Source: Microcoleus sp. (lineage in GTDB: Bacteria > Cyanobacteriota > Cyanobacteriia > Cyanobacteriales > Microcoleaceae). From it: 64,000 nt of DNA. The stretch lies in contig JBOFTL010000514.1 in NCBI GenBank assembly GCA_051652045.1, forward strand, positions 21,899-85,898, given 5' to 3'. A program made the translations under genes and the position numbers. A model generated the notes under the pieces. That model made no database searches. It worked only from the letters and a program-made list of their open reading frames with translations, and was not told where the DNA came from. Each line of letters opens with the position of its first letter. The first letter of the stretch is position 1. Below, one piece after another: positions 28,911 through 39,872 of the stretch.

Positions 28911-29246
28911 ATGGCACTTGCAAAAGCTCAGGCAAAAGCAAAGAAACCAGTAAAGACAGTGTGCGATCGCCCTGCCCCTGGTGAAATTTGGCGGCAATAC
29001 CGTGGGGTGGAAGTTGAGATTTCCAGCGTGATTACAGTGCCCCACAATATTGCCAACGGTACTACGATCTACAACGGGACTAATACGGCACTGGCATTAA
29101 GCGCGATCGCTGAAGGTAAAGAGGCTGTGGTGTATTGCCATTCCAATTGCTTGTGGGTGCGATCGCTATCGAATTTTTTGATGCGGGATGCTGATGGAAT
29201 GCCGCAGTTTGTTAAGGTGCGAGATTGCGATGGTATTGATTTCTAG
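28911..29246 (+). CDS. DUF1653-like protein
   Basis: GEIWRQYRG...AVVY...LWVRSLSNFL. Confidence 0.6.
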   Translation: MALAKAQAKAKKPVKTVCDRPAPGEIWRQYRGVEVEISSVITVPHNIANGTTIYNGTNTALALSAIAEGKEAVVYCHSNCLWVRSLSNFLMRDADGMPQFVKVRDCDGIDF

Positions 29247-29255
29247 GAGTGGAAC

Positions 29256-29723
29256 ATGGAAGGACAACGTGAATATTTTGATTTGGATTTGAAGAATCAG
29301 GGGAAGGCAAGGATGGCGATCGCTCATGCCGCTCTGAAAGAACTTGGCGGCATTATCCATGACACTTACGAAAGCAAGTATTTTAAGGGTAAGCAGTCAT
29401 GGCGAAACCCATTACTGATGCGGATCAGCCTGCCAGATCGAATGCGTTGGGAGTTCATTCGGCGATCGCGGCTTTGGTTAGCAAGACCTCCTGTGTATGG
29501 TGCTCCTGAGATGGTATTCCGCGATCCTATTCTGGATCGCCCGCTTCCGTTGGTTGGCAACCATAAATCATGGGAACTGCCAAAAGTGCGCAACTATCGC
29601 TTACATCCAACTCCGTCCGTAAGAACCCTGATGCCAGATGGCTCCTACCTCACTCTTGATGGGGCAGAGGCATTAATTCGAGTTCTTGATGGGGACTTAG
29701 ATTTTTCCAGGAGCTTCCTGTGA
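29256..29723 (+). CDS. hypothetical protein
   Basis: AGGAG RBS. Confidence 0.6.
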   Translation: MEGQREYFDLDLKNQGKARMAIAHAALKELGGIIHDTYESKYFKGKQSWRNPLLMRISLPDRMRWEFIRRSRLWLARPPVYGAPEMVFRDPILDRPLPLVGNHKSWELPKVRNYRLHPTPSVRTLMPDGSYLTLDGAEALIRVLDGDLDFSRSFL

Positions 29724-29847
29724 TTTATCGGCATGGTTCGTTGGCTGTGATAAGCGATCGCGCGTCTGGTGCATTTTTGCGATCGCTCAGTTCTTGCGGT
29801 GGAAGTGTTAACATAGTACAAACATTGCCGTGAATATCGGCAAAAAT

Positions 29848-30255
29848 ATGGCGCGAAAGAAATCGATCCCAAAAGACCCTGTGAAATTAGCGGCGGAGTG
29901 GCATAAGCTCTCTGGCGTTCATTTTGCATCGTTTGCGGCGATTCGGGAATTATGCGATCGCCGTATATCGCGGATGATTACAGCAGAGAATCGATTGCCA
30001 CTGAATGCCCAAACCTATGATGTGACAGAGGAAGGCAATGTGATTCAACTATTGCCATCGACGAATGAGTACCGGGCGATCGCACAGACATTACAAACAG
30101 CGATCGCGGGGGAACGGCAGGCGTTGATGATGCAGTATCAGGATCATCATGTGGCGATCGCGCATGTGCAACAGTTAGGCTTTTTGGTGCAACGTCCCCC
30201 GGAAGATGGTGGGGCCATTGAGGTTAGCGCTGAGTATGTAGTGGGGGATGAGTAG
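29848..30255 (+). CDS. probable terminase small subunit
   Basis: Position: overlaps the terL start. Confidence 0.5.
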   Translation: MARKKSIPKDPVKLAAEWHKLSGVHFASFAAIRELCDRRISRMITAENRLPLNAQTYDVTEEGNVIQLLPSTNEYRAIAQTLQTAIAGERQALMMQYQDHHVAIAHVQQLGFLVQRPPEDGGAIEVSAEYVVGDE

Positions 30256-31766
30256 TGGACTTGTTGCTTAACCCCTATAGTTTGTCTATCCCTAAGATTG
30301 GGAAAAAGGTGCAGCGCCCAAAAGAGGTAGAGCAGGTTCAGGAATGCAATCTTTTTGGGGGATACAAGCCGAAGCGCGGTGGACAAGAGCAGTTTTGGAG
30401 CTTGATAGATTTCGAGACAATCGCACCTATAGATCCCCGATGGGTATGGGTTAGAGGTGGCATTGGATCTGGCAAAAGTCACCTCGGTTCTGCGTTCGCC
30501 TGTACCCGTGCCTATCTTGATCCAGAATCACGGGGATTGATAACAGCAAATTCCTACTCTCAGTTGACGACCTCAACATTGATTGCACTAGTTGAGTTTT
30601 GCAGACAGTTCAATGTACCGATTAGCCCTAACCGTGCCAGTGTTGAGGATACGGCACGGGCGATCGCTTTTGCGCGTATGTGCAAAATCTTTGATGCGTA
30701 CCTATTGGTAATTTCTGCCGAGGCATTTGTTGGGGCAACTCAGAATTCAAAAGAGACAGGGCGCGGGTTGCAAGTGCGCTATGTTTGGGCGGATGAATAC
30801 GCCTATGCCCCGCGTACCGTGTTTGAAACTATCAATGGGCGGTTAGGGCGCGGCAACGGCAATATTAAGGGGCTTGGCATTATCACTAGTTCGCCCAACA
30901 AAAACAACCCATTCAACTGGGCATATGAGACTTTTGTTAATCCCGATCGCACCCTTGAGCATCAAAAACTTTTTTATAGTTTCAATTGTCTTACTGCCGA
31001 CAACGACTCTCTAGATTCTGATTATTTAACATCACTAGAGGCTAGCTATACCCCAGAATTAGCGGCGATGGAGTTGAGGGGTGAGTTTTGTATTGTCGCT
31101 GAGGGGCGGATCTGTAAACGGTTTGACCGCGATCGCCACACTACTCTTCAGCAGTACGACTCAAAGCAACCATTGCACCTATCCTGTGACTTTAACCGAT
31201 CACCTGCATCGTCATTGTTGTTTCAGATTGATGGCGATCGCATTCGCGTTTTGGAAGAGTTCCATCTTGAGGATGCAGATACATTTGAGTTGGGAGACGC
31301 GATCGCGCGACGCATCAAAGAACTGAATCCATATAGTTTAAGCATTCACGGGGACGCTACGGGGAATATCAAAACAGCAAACTCTCAGCTATCCAATTGG
31401 CAGATTATTCACAATAAACTGAGTGAATCTGGTTGGTTTGGGATTAAGACAAAATGCTACAAAGCGGCAAATCCCCCCGTTATCGATACAATCAACTCAG
31501 TAAATCTTTTATTATTTCAAGATAGATTAGTAGTCGATCCCAACTGTAAGGAGTTGATTAAGGACTTGGAGATTCTGAAGTTCGACTCCAATGGGGGGAT
31601 TGATAAAAAATCTGATGCGAAGCGATCGCACTGGTTCGATGAACTTCGGTATGGCGTTCATGATGAATTCCCACTAGGCGGCAACAAGCAAATCGCCTCT
31701 ATCCCAGTAGGCGCACCGCTATCTATCCCGGCAATCCCCAATAGAAATCAATCTCGTCGCAGGTAA
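30255..31766 (+). CDS. terL: terminase large subunit
   Basis: RGGIGSGKS, VWADE, ITSSPN, SCDFN, HWFDELRY. Confidence 0.92.
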   Translation: MDLLLNPYSLSIPKIGKKVQRPKEVEQVQECNLFGGYKPKRGGQEQFWSLIDFETIAPIDPRWVWVRGGIGSGKSHLGSAFACTRAYLDPESRGLITANSYSQLTTSTLIALVEFCRQFNVPISPNRASVEDTARAIAFARMCKIFDAYLLVISAEAFVGATQNSKETGRGLQVRYVWADEYAYAPRTVFETINGRLGRGNGNIKGLGIITSSPNKNNPFNWAYETFVNPDRTLEHQKLFYSFNCLTADNDSLDSDYLTSLEASYTPELAAMELRGEFCIVAEGRICKRFDRDRHTTLQQYDSKQPLHLSCDFNRSPASSLLFQIDGDRIRVLEEFHLEDADTFELGDAIARRIKELNPYSLSIHGDATGNIKTANSQLSNWQIIHNKLSESGWFGIKTKCYKAANPPVIDTINSVNLLLFQDRLVVDPNCKELIKDLEILKFDSNGGIDKKSDAKRSHWFDELRYGVHDEFPLGGNKQIASIPVGAPLSIPAIPNRNQSRRR

Positions 31767-31772
31767 TCCCCC

Positions 31773-33059
31773 ATGGCTGTATCAGTCCTTCAATCAGATC
31801 TACAATCTCAAATCAATAGTTTCATCTCACGCCACGCCACCCGTTCAAATACTATTTTGCAACGACAAGACGGCAGCCATCATGATGATATCGCGCGTTA
31901 TGCTTGGATGTTGCGCAAAGACCCAATCACTCGATTCTGCAACGAGTTAGTGTTTCTCTACTGTTATTCACTACTAGGAGAATACACGCATCCTCGTGCG
32001 CGTGTTCAGAAAAATGTGAGAGATGCGATCGCGCATTGTAAGGGAAATTGGGCATTTAAACTCAAAGAAATGATGACGGCTGTTTGGTTCGGCTATTCTT
32101 GGACTGAGGTGGCTTTTGCTGACGATCCCGCCAACAAAAAAATACTGAGTAAATTAAGAACCCTCGACCCTATGCGTTATACGTTTTGGGGAAAGGAAGA
32201 GGTTGAAGTCGAATCGCTGCGCTACTTTGGACGGCATGGGCTGCAAAAAGATTTAGACTATAACACTGGCATCCATTTAGTGATTGGCAGTGAAATCAGC
32301 TTTGACGAGAATCATGGGTGCGGACGGCTTGAATCAGCCTATCCCTACTGGGATCTACACCAATTGATGCAGCCAGTATTGGCGATCGCGGCACAACGGC
32401 AGGCAACGCCCATTCTCGTGCAACAGACAGAGACAGGAACCGCGATCGCCCTATTGAACGATGACGGCACTCACCAGCTAAATGATGACGGCACTCCCAA
32501 AACAATTCCCAAGGGAATGGATGCCCTTCGCAAATTGGCGGAACTTGGATCGGCTGGCGTTACGGTCATTGACCCCGACGACAAGATTTATTCTATTGAA
32601 CAGAAGGTGGCTGGTGATTTTCTCTTAGCAGTAGACAAACATTGTGAGCAGTATCGTTTACTTGCCTGTCTTGTGCCCTCGACCTTGATTTCGACCTCGA
32701 CGACGGGTGTGGGCGATAGTGGTTTGAGCGATCGCCACATGGAAATCTTCGAGATGATTCACAGCGGCTTAATTGCCTATATCGCTGAAGAAATTGTTGA
32801 GCAGTTGATTCGCCCCATGGTGATCTATAACTTTGGGGATGTGAAAGACTATGGCGCGTTCCCGATTCAGCGGCGGGATTCAAAAGCGCTTGAAGTTGCC
32901 AAAATTATCAGTGATGCGATCGCCCGTGGTTGTTTCGCTAAAACTGACCTCGAAGCCGCCAATAGACTTCGCATTAGTTTGGGGATTGGCGAAATTTCTA
33001 AGGAGACGTTGGACGAGTTTATGGCGATGTCTTATGCGGAGAAGTGCCCTGACCGCTAA
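31773..33059 (+). CDS. portal protein (Mu gp29/DUF935-like)
   Basis: Follows terL; AVWFGYSWTEV, EQLIRPMVIYNFG. Confidence 0.85.
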   Translation: MAVSVLQSDLQSQINSFISRHATRSNTILQRQDGSHHDDIARYAWMLRKDPITRFCNELVFLYCYSLLGEYTHPRARVQKNVRDAIAHCKGNWAFKLKEMMTAVWFGYSWTEVAFADDPANKKILSKLRTLDPMRYTFWGKEEVEVESLRYFGRHGLQKDLDYNTGIHLVIGSEISFDENHGCGRLESAYPYWDLHQLMQPVLAIAAQRQATPILVQQTETGTAIALLNDDGTHQLNDDGTPKTIPKGMDALRKLAELGSAGVTVIDPDDKIYSIEQKVAGDFLLAVDKHCEQYRLLACLVPSTLISTSTTGVGDSGLSDRHMEIFEMIHSGLIAYIAEEIVEQLIRPMVIYNFGDVKDYGAFPIQRRDSKALEVAKIISDAIARGCFAKTDLEAANRLRISLGIGEISKETLDEFMAMSYAEKCPDR

Positions 33060-33337
33060 CGCAACAAATCCCTTACCGGAACCCGTAGCGCCTTAGCGAC
33101 GATTGAAAGCGTCACTGCATCTGGGACGGACACACCGCGTTCCCAATTTGAGATAGTAGTTTGAGTCGAATGGATGCGTCCTGCCAGGTCTACCTGACCT
33201 AGCTGGGCACTTTTTCGTGCCACTCGAATGCGATCGCCTAGTATTTGTGCGGTCAAAGCTTGCTGTGCCGTTGCGTGTGAATTAGTTCTATACATTTTTA
33301 GGCTGCCAAAAATATGCAAAATTCGCATATAAAACAC
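33056..33337 (-). CDS. XRE-family HTH regulator
   Basis: LGDRIRVARK..QVDLA..TQTTISNWERG..P; start uncertain. Confidence 0.85.
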   Translation of the reverse strand: MFYMRILHIFGSLKMYRTNSHATAQQALTAQILGDRIRVARKSAQLGQVDLAGRIHSTQTTISNWERGVSVPDAVTLSIVAKALRVPVRDLLR

Positions 33338-33410
33338 TGAGACTATGATAACTCAGCTATAGGGCTTCGTACTATGGGGGAACTGGCGATCGCACAAGCG
33401 AGGAGTAGCC

Positions 33411-34784
33411 GTGACCACACTCAAGACCACAGCTAAACGCCGCACCAATCCAAGGGCGGCAATCGAACCAGCCGAGATTTATATTTACGGGATTATTGGC
33501 GATGATTGGTGGGACAGCGATTCGATGTCGGCTAGTCGGTTCGCCAATGAGCTAGCGGCAATCCCCAAAAATCAACCTATCAATATTCGCATCAATTCAA
33601 TGGGCGGCGCAGTTGGCGATGGATTAGCCATCTACAACCTCATTAAAACCCGAAAAAATGTCACCGCAATCATTGATGGATATGCTCTGTCGGCAGCGTC
33701 ATTTATTCCACTGGCAGCCTCTAAAGTAATTGCCCCTATTTCATCCATTTGGATGATCCATAACGCCTCTGGGATGTGTTGGGGAACGGCAGAAGATATG
33801 AGGTCTGAGGCTGATGTGCTTGATACTCACAATCAAGTGATGACCGACATTTACATCGAGCGTACTGGCAAATCAGCGGAAGAAATCAAGGCGTTGCTTG
33901 ACGCGGAAACTTGGTTGACAGGCACAGAGGCACATGACCTTGGATTTGCCGACGAACTAATGGAACTCGACGACTTTGAATCTAACGATTCTGGTGAGTC
34001 CGCCACTGCAAAAGCTACGCGGATTATCCCGATGCAGTTTGCAGCGCGGGCGACCGACGATACCAGACAAAAGCTTGCCGAACATGGATGGCAGTTTGGG
34101 CGAGTGGCGGCGATCGCCACAAATCCACCACAGCCCATCCCCACACCGACCGCAAGACCTATTTCAGAATCTATCCCACAGGAGATTGAAATGCCTAAAG
34201 AACTAGATACCCCAGCGACTGAACCTACTGCAAACAGCGATCGCTTGACGCAGATGTCCGACGAGATCCGCGAACTAAAACTGCGCCTTGCCTCGGCAGA
34301 ACAAGCTAAGGCAGAGGCTAAAGAAGAGGGCGATCGCCAACAGTTAATCAATCAGTACTGGCAACTGCGGGCGACGGCGCTAAAGCTTCATGCGGTCGAG
34401 AACAAACTTACCGAGGAAGACTTCAATGTTGACTTCAGCGAAGACCCTCAAATCGACATTGAAAATATCACCACAATGGCGCGTGATGAAGCTCGTATTG
34501 ACCTCGGCATGAAGGATCGCATGTTGCGCCGCGCCGCTGCCCGCAATCCAATCGAACGGGTGACAGCAACTGCCGATGTTGCCAAGCTTCAAAATGCTTC
34601 CCTCAAGTCGGCGGAACTTGCGCAACCGACTGCATTGGGGCGATCGCAATCTACTAGATCTGATAGATCTGAAGCTGTGCCACTGTTGCCAGACCAAAAG
34701 ACAGCAGAGTCCCCCACAGGTCAATCGATCGATGATTTTGCCGCCGCCATTGTCGCCAAGGCTCTACAAATCAAAGCTAAGTAA
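33411..34784 (+). CDS. ClpP-type prohead protease fused to a scaffold region
   Basis: IYIYGIIG, INSMGG, ALSAAS, MIHNA, ETWL..EA..LGFAD; coiled-coil C-terminus. Confidence 0.9.
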   Translation: MTTLKTTAKRRTNPRAAIEPAEIYIYGIIGDDWWDSDSMSASRFANELAAIPKNQPINIRINSMGGAVGDGLAIYNLIKTRKNVTAIIDGYALSAASFIPLAASKVIAPISSIWMIHNASGMCWGTAEDMRSEADVLDTHNQVMTDIYIERTGKSAEEIKALLDAETWLTGTEAHDLGFADELMELDDFESNDSGESATAKATRIIPMQFAARATDDTRQKLAEHGWQFGRVAAIATNPPQPIPTPTARPISESIPQEIEMPKELDTPATEPTANSDRLTQMSDEIRELKLRLASAEQAKAEAKEEGDRQQLINQYWQLRATALKLHAVENKLTEEDFNVDFSEDPQIDIENITTMARDEARIDLGMKDRMLRRAAARNPIERVTATADVAKLQNASLKSAELAQPTALGRSQSTRSDRSEAVPLLPDQKTAESPTGQSIDDFAAAIVAKALQIKAK

Positions 34785-34803
34785 ATCAAAGCTAAGTAAA
34801 TCA
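34768..34803 (+). repeat. 15-bp tandem duplication AAATCAAAGCTAAGT
   Basis: Two full copies plus a partial copy over the protease stop codon. Confidence 0.85.
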
Positions 34804-34841
34804 CACCCAGAACCAACAGCCATCTAACAGAGGATTGAAAG

Positions 34842-35438
34842 ATGCCATTACTCAAGACTACTGAAAACTTTGGGGATACATTCCCGCCTGTTCTTGCCAC
34901 TAGCGAAGGAATGCGATCGCCTGCAATGATTGACATCGACACTTCCTTCTATGATGCGACAAAGACTTTCCCGCCCGGTTTTTTTGCGGGGACGACTCCA
35001 GTTGCTGACAAGTATCGAATCTTGCCGCGAACAAAAATCACGGCTTTGCCTGGATCTAATACTTTGGTGGTGACTCCGTTCACAGCCGGAATTTTCAGAG
35101 TAGGCGAAGTGATTACCGCAGTTGACGCGACGACTGGCGCGGTAGGTGGCGCAGTTGGGACGATCCAATCGATCGACCATGTTGCTAATCGTATTGTTTT
35201 GGTTACGACTCCTGGCGCTGGCGCTTTGATTGGGAACACGGTCGGGGTGCAAGCTTCTGCCCCTGTAATGGCGAACGGAAACAGAATGGGTGTGATTTCT
35301 CCAAACACCGCAATTGATTTTAGCCTGCGTTCAAACTCACAGTTCGGATGCTTCCTATCAGCGACGCTGTACCGTTCTCGGATGCCCTATATCGACAAGT
35401 ATCTTGAAGGGTTGTATCCAGAATTGAACTTTGTCTAG
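34842..35438 (+). CDS. head decoration/stabilisation protein
   Basis: Position between protease and major capsid gene; beta-rich. Confidence 0.6.
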   Translation: MPLLKTTENFGDTFPPVLATSEGMRSPAMIDIDTSFYDATKTFPPGFFAGTTPVADKYRILPRTKITALPGSNTLVVTPFTAGIFRVGEVITAVDATTGAVGGAVGTIQSIDHVANRIVLVTTPGAGALIGNTVGVQASAPVMANGNRMGVISPNTAIDFSLRSNSQFGCFLSATLYRSRMPYIDKYLEGLYPELNFV

Positions 35439-35501
35439 TCCTGTCTAATCCCGTCTCTATCTGTTTTGCAAGGTCAGTTAAACGCTTTTTGGAGTTGAGT
35501 A

Positions 35502-36710
35502 ATGTCATTATCAATCATTTCGCTTTTGGATCGTTATCCAGAAGCTACTCAGAAAATTGTCGATCTCTCTTTTGAGATTTCCTCTGCCAGTGGCGGTAGA
35601 TATCGGCGCGGTCTTCCCGATCCAGCGCTGCAACCGTACATGCCACAGAACCGCTATGTTTCCTCGAAGCTTGCTTTTGGGAAACTAGCAGAACGTCGTC
35701 CCACCCTAGCTTCTATCGTTGCGACTGATGGCGAATATCCCAACAAGCGTGAAGCTGTTGAAATGACAATCGAGACAGTAGGCAACGTCAAACTTGCCCG
35801 CAGTCGTGTTTTCACTGAGGAAGATTTCGACATATTGCGCGAAGCAGAAACATATCTCGCGGCTCAACAACCCGAAATGTACAATGCATTTGTCGATCGC
35901 TACATGCAATCGCCTGCAATCATTACCGAGTCGGTTACTTCGCTTGCATCATTGCTCCTCACTCAACTATTCTCGACGGGACAATCAACCTACATCGACC
36001 CCGATACTAAGTTAGGTTTTGAGATCTCATATCTTGCTCAAGTCCCGGCTACACACCGACCCGCAGACCTCACCGGAACGCAAACATGGACGGCTGCAAA
36101 CGTTGCCCTCGCAAACGCTAAGCCACTCGAAATCTTGCGCGACCACCTCAATGCCTACTATGGCGAGCCTGGTACTGCTGGGATCGGAACCAATGGTGGA
36201 GTATTGATGTTGCCGCAGGCGATCGCCATGTCTTCCACTGTTGCAAACGGCATGTTGAACGCCAACGACACTAAGGTCAAGATCGCCCGCATGAAAGGGA
36301 ACTTGACTGATTCTGTTACCGCAACTGATGCAGTAGCTGCCAATCTACCACGCCCCAAGATTGAAGAATGCCGAGAATGGTTGTCCAGTGAAGTCACCGC
36401 AGCCGCTCAAAGTAGTGCTCAAATGTCTGAAATTTTTGTTTCGGATGCACCCTACTTCACGCTAGGGGCTGATGGACGAGTCTCAAATACTCCTGGAAAC
36501 TATTTGCCTACTGATCGTTATGTTTTCCTCAACGAAGGCATCGTTGAGGGCGCTTACATTCCAACAGCGACCAATGATTACGCCAACACAATGGCGATTC
36601 TGACTGAAGAAATCAGCCGTGCTCCTCGCAAAGAGAAGTTAACAATCGATACCCGATTCCTTGCAGTCTGTACCGACCCACGGATGCTTGGCTGGCGGAA
36701 GGTGGTGTAA
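35502..36710 (+). CDS. major capsid protein (HK97 fold, gpE-like)
   Basis: 402 aa; position; GFEISY..P..H..LTG..W and YLP.DRYVF patterns. Confidence 0.75.
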   Translation: MSLSIISLLDRYPEATQKIVDLSFEISSASGGRYRRGLPDPALQPYMPQNRYVSSKLAFGKLAERRPTLASIVATDGEYPNKREAVEMTIETVGNVKLARSRVFTEEDFDILREAETYLAAQQPEMYNAFVDRYMQSPAIITESVTSLASLLLTQLFSTGQSTYIDPDTKLGFEISYLAQVPATHRPADLTGTQTWTAANVALANAKPLEILRDHLNAYYGEPGTAGIGTNGGVLMLPQAIAMSSTVANGMLNANDTKVKIARMKGNLTDSVTATDAVAANLPRPKIEECREWLSSEVTAAAQSSAQMSEIFVSDAPYFTLGADGRVSNTPGNYLPTDRYVFLNEGIVEGAYIPTATNDYANTMAILTEEISRAPRKEKLTIDTRFLAVCTDPRMLGWRKVV

Positions 36711-37196
<486 letters not shown>

Positions 37197-37211
37197 GGCA
37201 TCAGTAAATAG

Positions 37212-37301
37212 ATGATTGATTCTATCTTGATTGAGATTGCTTTATTCGCTTTGGCATTAGGCGCGATCGCTTACCTGACGCGCCTACTAGATCGGGATTA
37301 A
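37212..37301 (+). CDS. 29-aa single-TM peptide
   Basis: MIDSILIEIALFALALGAIAYLTRLLDRD; fills the gap between two genes; below the ORF-track size limit. Confidence 0.4.
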   Translation: MIDSILIEIALFALALGAIAYLTRLLDRD

Positions 37302-37316
37302 CAGGAGGGCGATCGC

Positions 37317-37808
37317 GTGTCACAAGTAGTGTATTTGACAGTATCAGAATTCGTTGCTTATGCCCGCGATTGCGAAGCTGTTGACCAATCTCATGAAGCA
37401 TTCGCCATTGAGAAAGCCGTCAATATTCCATTCATTGAAGCTCAAATCAGAGTAGCTAGCGCCAAGATTGACAGTAAGTTAGGCTTGCGATTCAATCTAC
37501 CGCTTTATGCCTCTGAACAAGTAAAGCACTGGTGCTTTACTGAAGCTCACTGGCTTTGCGATAAGGCAGCAGGAAAGCGTGAATGGGTCACTCAAGAACG
37601 CGAATCGTCCTGCGACGAAATGGATGCGGTCTTGAGTGGCAAGGATGCTCTCCTAGGGGCAGATGGGAAGCCAGTAGCCCCTATTGGCGATCCAAATGCC
37701 ACTGGTTCAAACGGCTACGATTCACGGATGTATTCGGGCGATCGCATTGTAGAAGTGCCCGCATTCAACCGCTCTAGACGTACTGTTTATCCTCACCTTG
37801 GGAGATAG
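37317..37808 (+). CDS. head-tail adaptor (Mu gp36/DUF1320-like)
   Basis: YLTVSEF..ASAKIDSKLGLRFNLPL..C..A..L. Confidence 0.75.
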   Translation: MSQVVYLTVSEFVAYARDCEAVDQSHEAFAIEKAVNIPFIEAQIRVASAKIDSKLGLRFNLPLYASEQVKHWCFTEAHWLCDKAAGKREWVTQERESSCDEMDAVLSGKDALLGADGKPVAPIGDPNATGSNGYDSRMYSGDRIVEVPAFNRSRRTVYPHLGR

Positions 37809-37810
37809 TA

Positions 37811-38353
37811 ATGGCAATCCTCACACTATATCCAGGGCAATCTAAAACAATTCAAGTCCTCAATCCTGACCTCACGCCTTACTCAATCTCGGTCGGTGTG
37901 GTAGTGAGTGCGATCGCCCGTAATGTTGTCCGCGAAACAGTAGCCGACCTCACTCCTGTGATTGACGATGCAACTAACGGCTTGATTAAAGTCAACCTAC
38001 CTGACACTACAGCGGTTCGTGCTCATAGTTTTCGGCGTGTTTTCTATGATGTAATCCTGAGTACGACGACGGGACAGACAACTATCCAGAAGTTTTTACC
38101 GTTGGGCGAACTAGATATTCAGTACTCCCCAACACAAGATACCGGTGTAGCCTACATGCCAACACCCACCCCAACACCTGCGCCGACAGGTACTCCAACA
38201 CCCACCCCGACACCTACACCTACGCCAACGAGCGATCGCATTTACCCTGTAGCGATCGACTTCAAGACTGCATCCGACAAAGTTGTCGAACTCACTATCA
38301 CCGAAAATGCTACCTCTGGAGAATTTGAAATACAGTTGGCTGAAGTCGTTTAG
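37811..38353 (+). CDS. BppU-like virion protein with (PT)n linker
   Basis: IDDATNGLIKVNLP..YDV; PTPTPTP repeats. Confidence 0.55.
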   Translation: MAILTLYPGQSKTIQVLNPDLTPYSISVGVVVSAIARNVVRETVADLTPVIDDATNGLIKVNLPDTTAVRAHSFRRVFYDVILSTTTGQTTIQKFLPLGELDIQYSPTQDTGVAYMPTPTPTPAPTGTPTPTPTPTPTPTSDRIYPVAIDFKTASDKVVELTITENATSGEFEIQLAEVV

Positions 38354-38368
38354 CAGGAGTCTCGGACA

Positions 38369-38650
38369 ATGGCAGTAATTGATGATGGACTTGGATTGGT
38401 AGTTCATTCTGTAAAGTACGTCAATGCCTTGCAGGTAGCAAGGTTCATTGACTTTTTGTTTACAAGATATGAAGCAGGATTGTTCCCCACCTATTCCAAT
38501 CTTGGCGCTGGAATGAACGACTTTTATCCAGAACGCGATCGCATCCTTACATCAACTAGCGGCATCGACTTTTTTAGTCGAGAAGATTTTGAGGTTCAGT
38601 TGAACGAAGCGGAGAGGGCCTATCTTGCTGCAAACCCAACCGAAATCTAA
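38369..38650 (+). CDS. hypothetical virion-region protein
   Basis: AGGAG RBS. Confidence 0.55.
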   Translation: MAVIDDGLGLVVHSVKYVNALQVARFIDFLFTRYEAGLFPTYSNLGAGMNDFYPERDRILTSTSGIDFFSREDFEVQLNEAERAYLAANPTEI

Positions 38651-39368
38651 AACCTACGGAAAGACGACAATTATCGGCGCGGGTGGCGACATCGGCGGCG
38701 ATAATTTAACCTTGATACAAGTTCATGACGCGATCGCCTCTGACCTTGTAATCTCTTACACGCGACCGACTGGGGCGAACGGGATGGCGATCCCCTCTTC
38801 TCCTACCGAAAATATTTTAGGGGTGACTATCCCTTTCAATACGGTAGGGCGCGATCGCCTTGCATTATGGGCGCGATCGCATCCAGCCACGACACCCGGT
38901 TACAAAGAGCGCACGCCAATCACAGGAGTCCCCGAACTCGATCGAAAGCTGACTGCCGACTTTAACTTCAGTTGTAACTATAATGGTTCTCCCGCTGGGA
39001 CTGTGTCACTGGTCATCGCTGGATCGATCTATACCACTAATGGAGTGTTCCTATTTGCCCGTGAGATTTGGAAAGAGACGCAGGTGGCGATCGCGTCTGG
39101 TAATTCAATCAGCGGTCACCAAGAGGATTTTGTATTCGATCCACAGCAAACAGTACGCGATTATGCGACCGCACTAGTTGCCCAAATTGATAATGTCCCT
39201 ACTGGATTGAAGACGCTTTTTAGAGCACTCGGAGCGACTGAACCATTCACGGTGGATGGGTTGATTCCAACCCTTCGATTGTGGTTGTATGTATCCCTGC
39301 ATCAGAACAGTGGTGGATCGGGGATAGTTTCAAGCTGCGCATTCTCTTTCAAAATCAAAGGAGAGTGA
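38625..39368 (+). CDS. hypothetical virion-region protein
   Basis: Co-oriented, packed ORF. Confidence 0.55.
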   Translation: MLQTQPKSKTYGKTTIIGAGGDIGGDNLTLIQVHDAIASDLVISYTRPTGANGMAIPSSPTENILGVTIPFNTVGRDRLALWARSHPATTPGYKERTPITGVPELDRKLTADFNFSCNYNGSPAGTVSLVIAGSIYTTNGVFLFAREIWKETQVAIASGNSISGHQEDFVFDPQQTVRDYATALVAQIDNVPTGLKTLFRALGATEPFTVDGLIPTLRLWLYVSLHQNSGGSGIVSSCAFSFKIKGE

Positions 39369-39371
39369 TGC

Positions 39372-39872
39372 ATGTCGAGATTTATTAACAACATCAATTC
39401 AGACGCGACTAGAGTTCCCGACAATGCTACCAGTGGTTGGTGGACTGTAACGACCGATCCATCCACTGTTGGCGATGGTAAAACTGTTTTACAGCAATGG
39501 GTTGATTTGCTGACCTTAATTCAACGGCTTTCAGCAGATCAAAAAACTGCCGCATTGGAGGCACTAGGACTATCTGATACAGATTTAATTAAACTAATCC
39601 AGGATAATAGTTCTGACACCTCATTGCTCAGTGAAATAGCACTAGATGACATCACTGGTGATATAGAGAAGCAATGGCGCGATACACTTGGGATTACCTA
39701 CTTTTTGGAGCGTGATAGAACAATCGAAAGTGACCAGCCTCCAGATGAGGCGATCGCTGGTTGGCGCTTCTGGTCAAGAATTCAGACCTTAACTGATGGT
39801 CGCAGATTACATCAACTCTATGAACGCGTTAGGGATGGTATTGTGATCGAACGGAGGTATGAATTCTTATGA
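39372..39872 (+). CDS. hypothetical virion-region protein
   Basis: GGAG RBS; ATGA overlap with the next gene. Confidence 0.55.
   Translation: MSRFINNINSDATRVPDNATSGWWTVTTDPSTVGDGKTVLQQWVDLLTLIQRLSADQKTAALEALGLSDTDLIKLIQDNSSDTSLLSEIALDDITGDIEKQWRDTLGITYFLERDRTIESDQPPDEAIAGWRFWSRIQTLTDGRRLHQLYERVRDGIVIERRYEFL

Noticed and set aside
33411-34100. Host-type ClpP as the partner of NblA
   Set aside because: Position and scaffold fusion indicate a prohead maturation protease.
34550-34560. Self-target of the orphan reRNA guide (AATCGAACGG)
   Set aside because: Only 10 nt match and no fitting TAM; compatible with chance.
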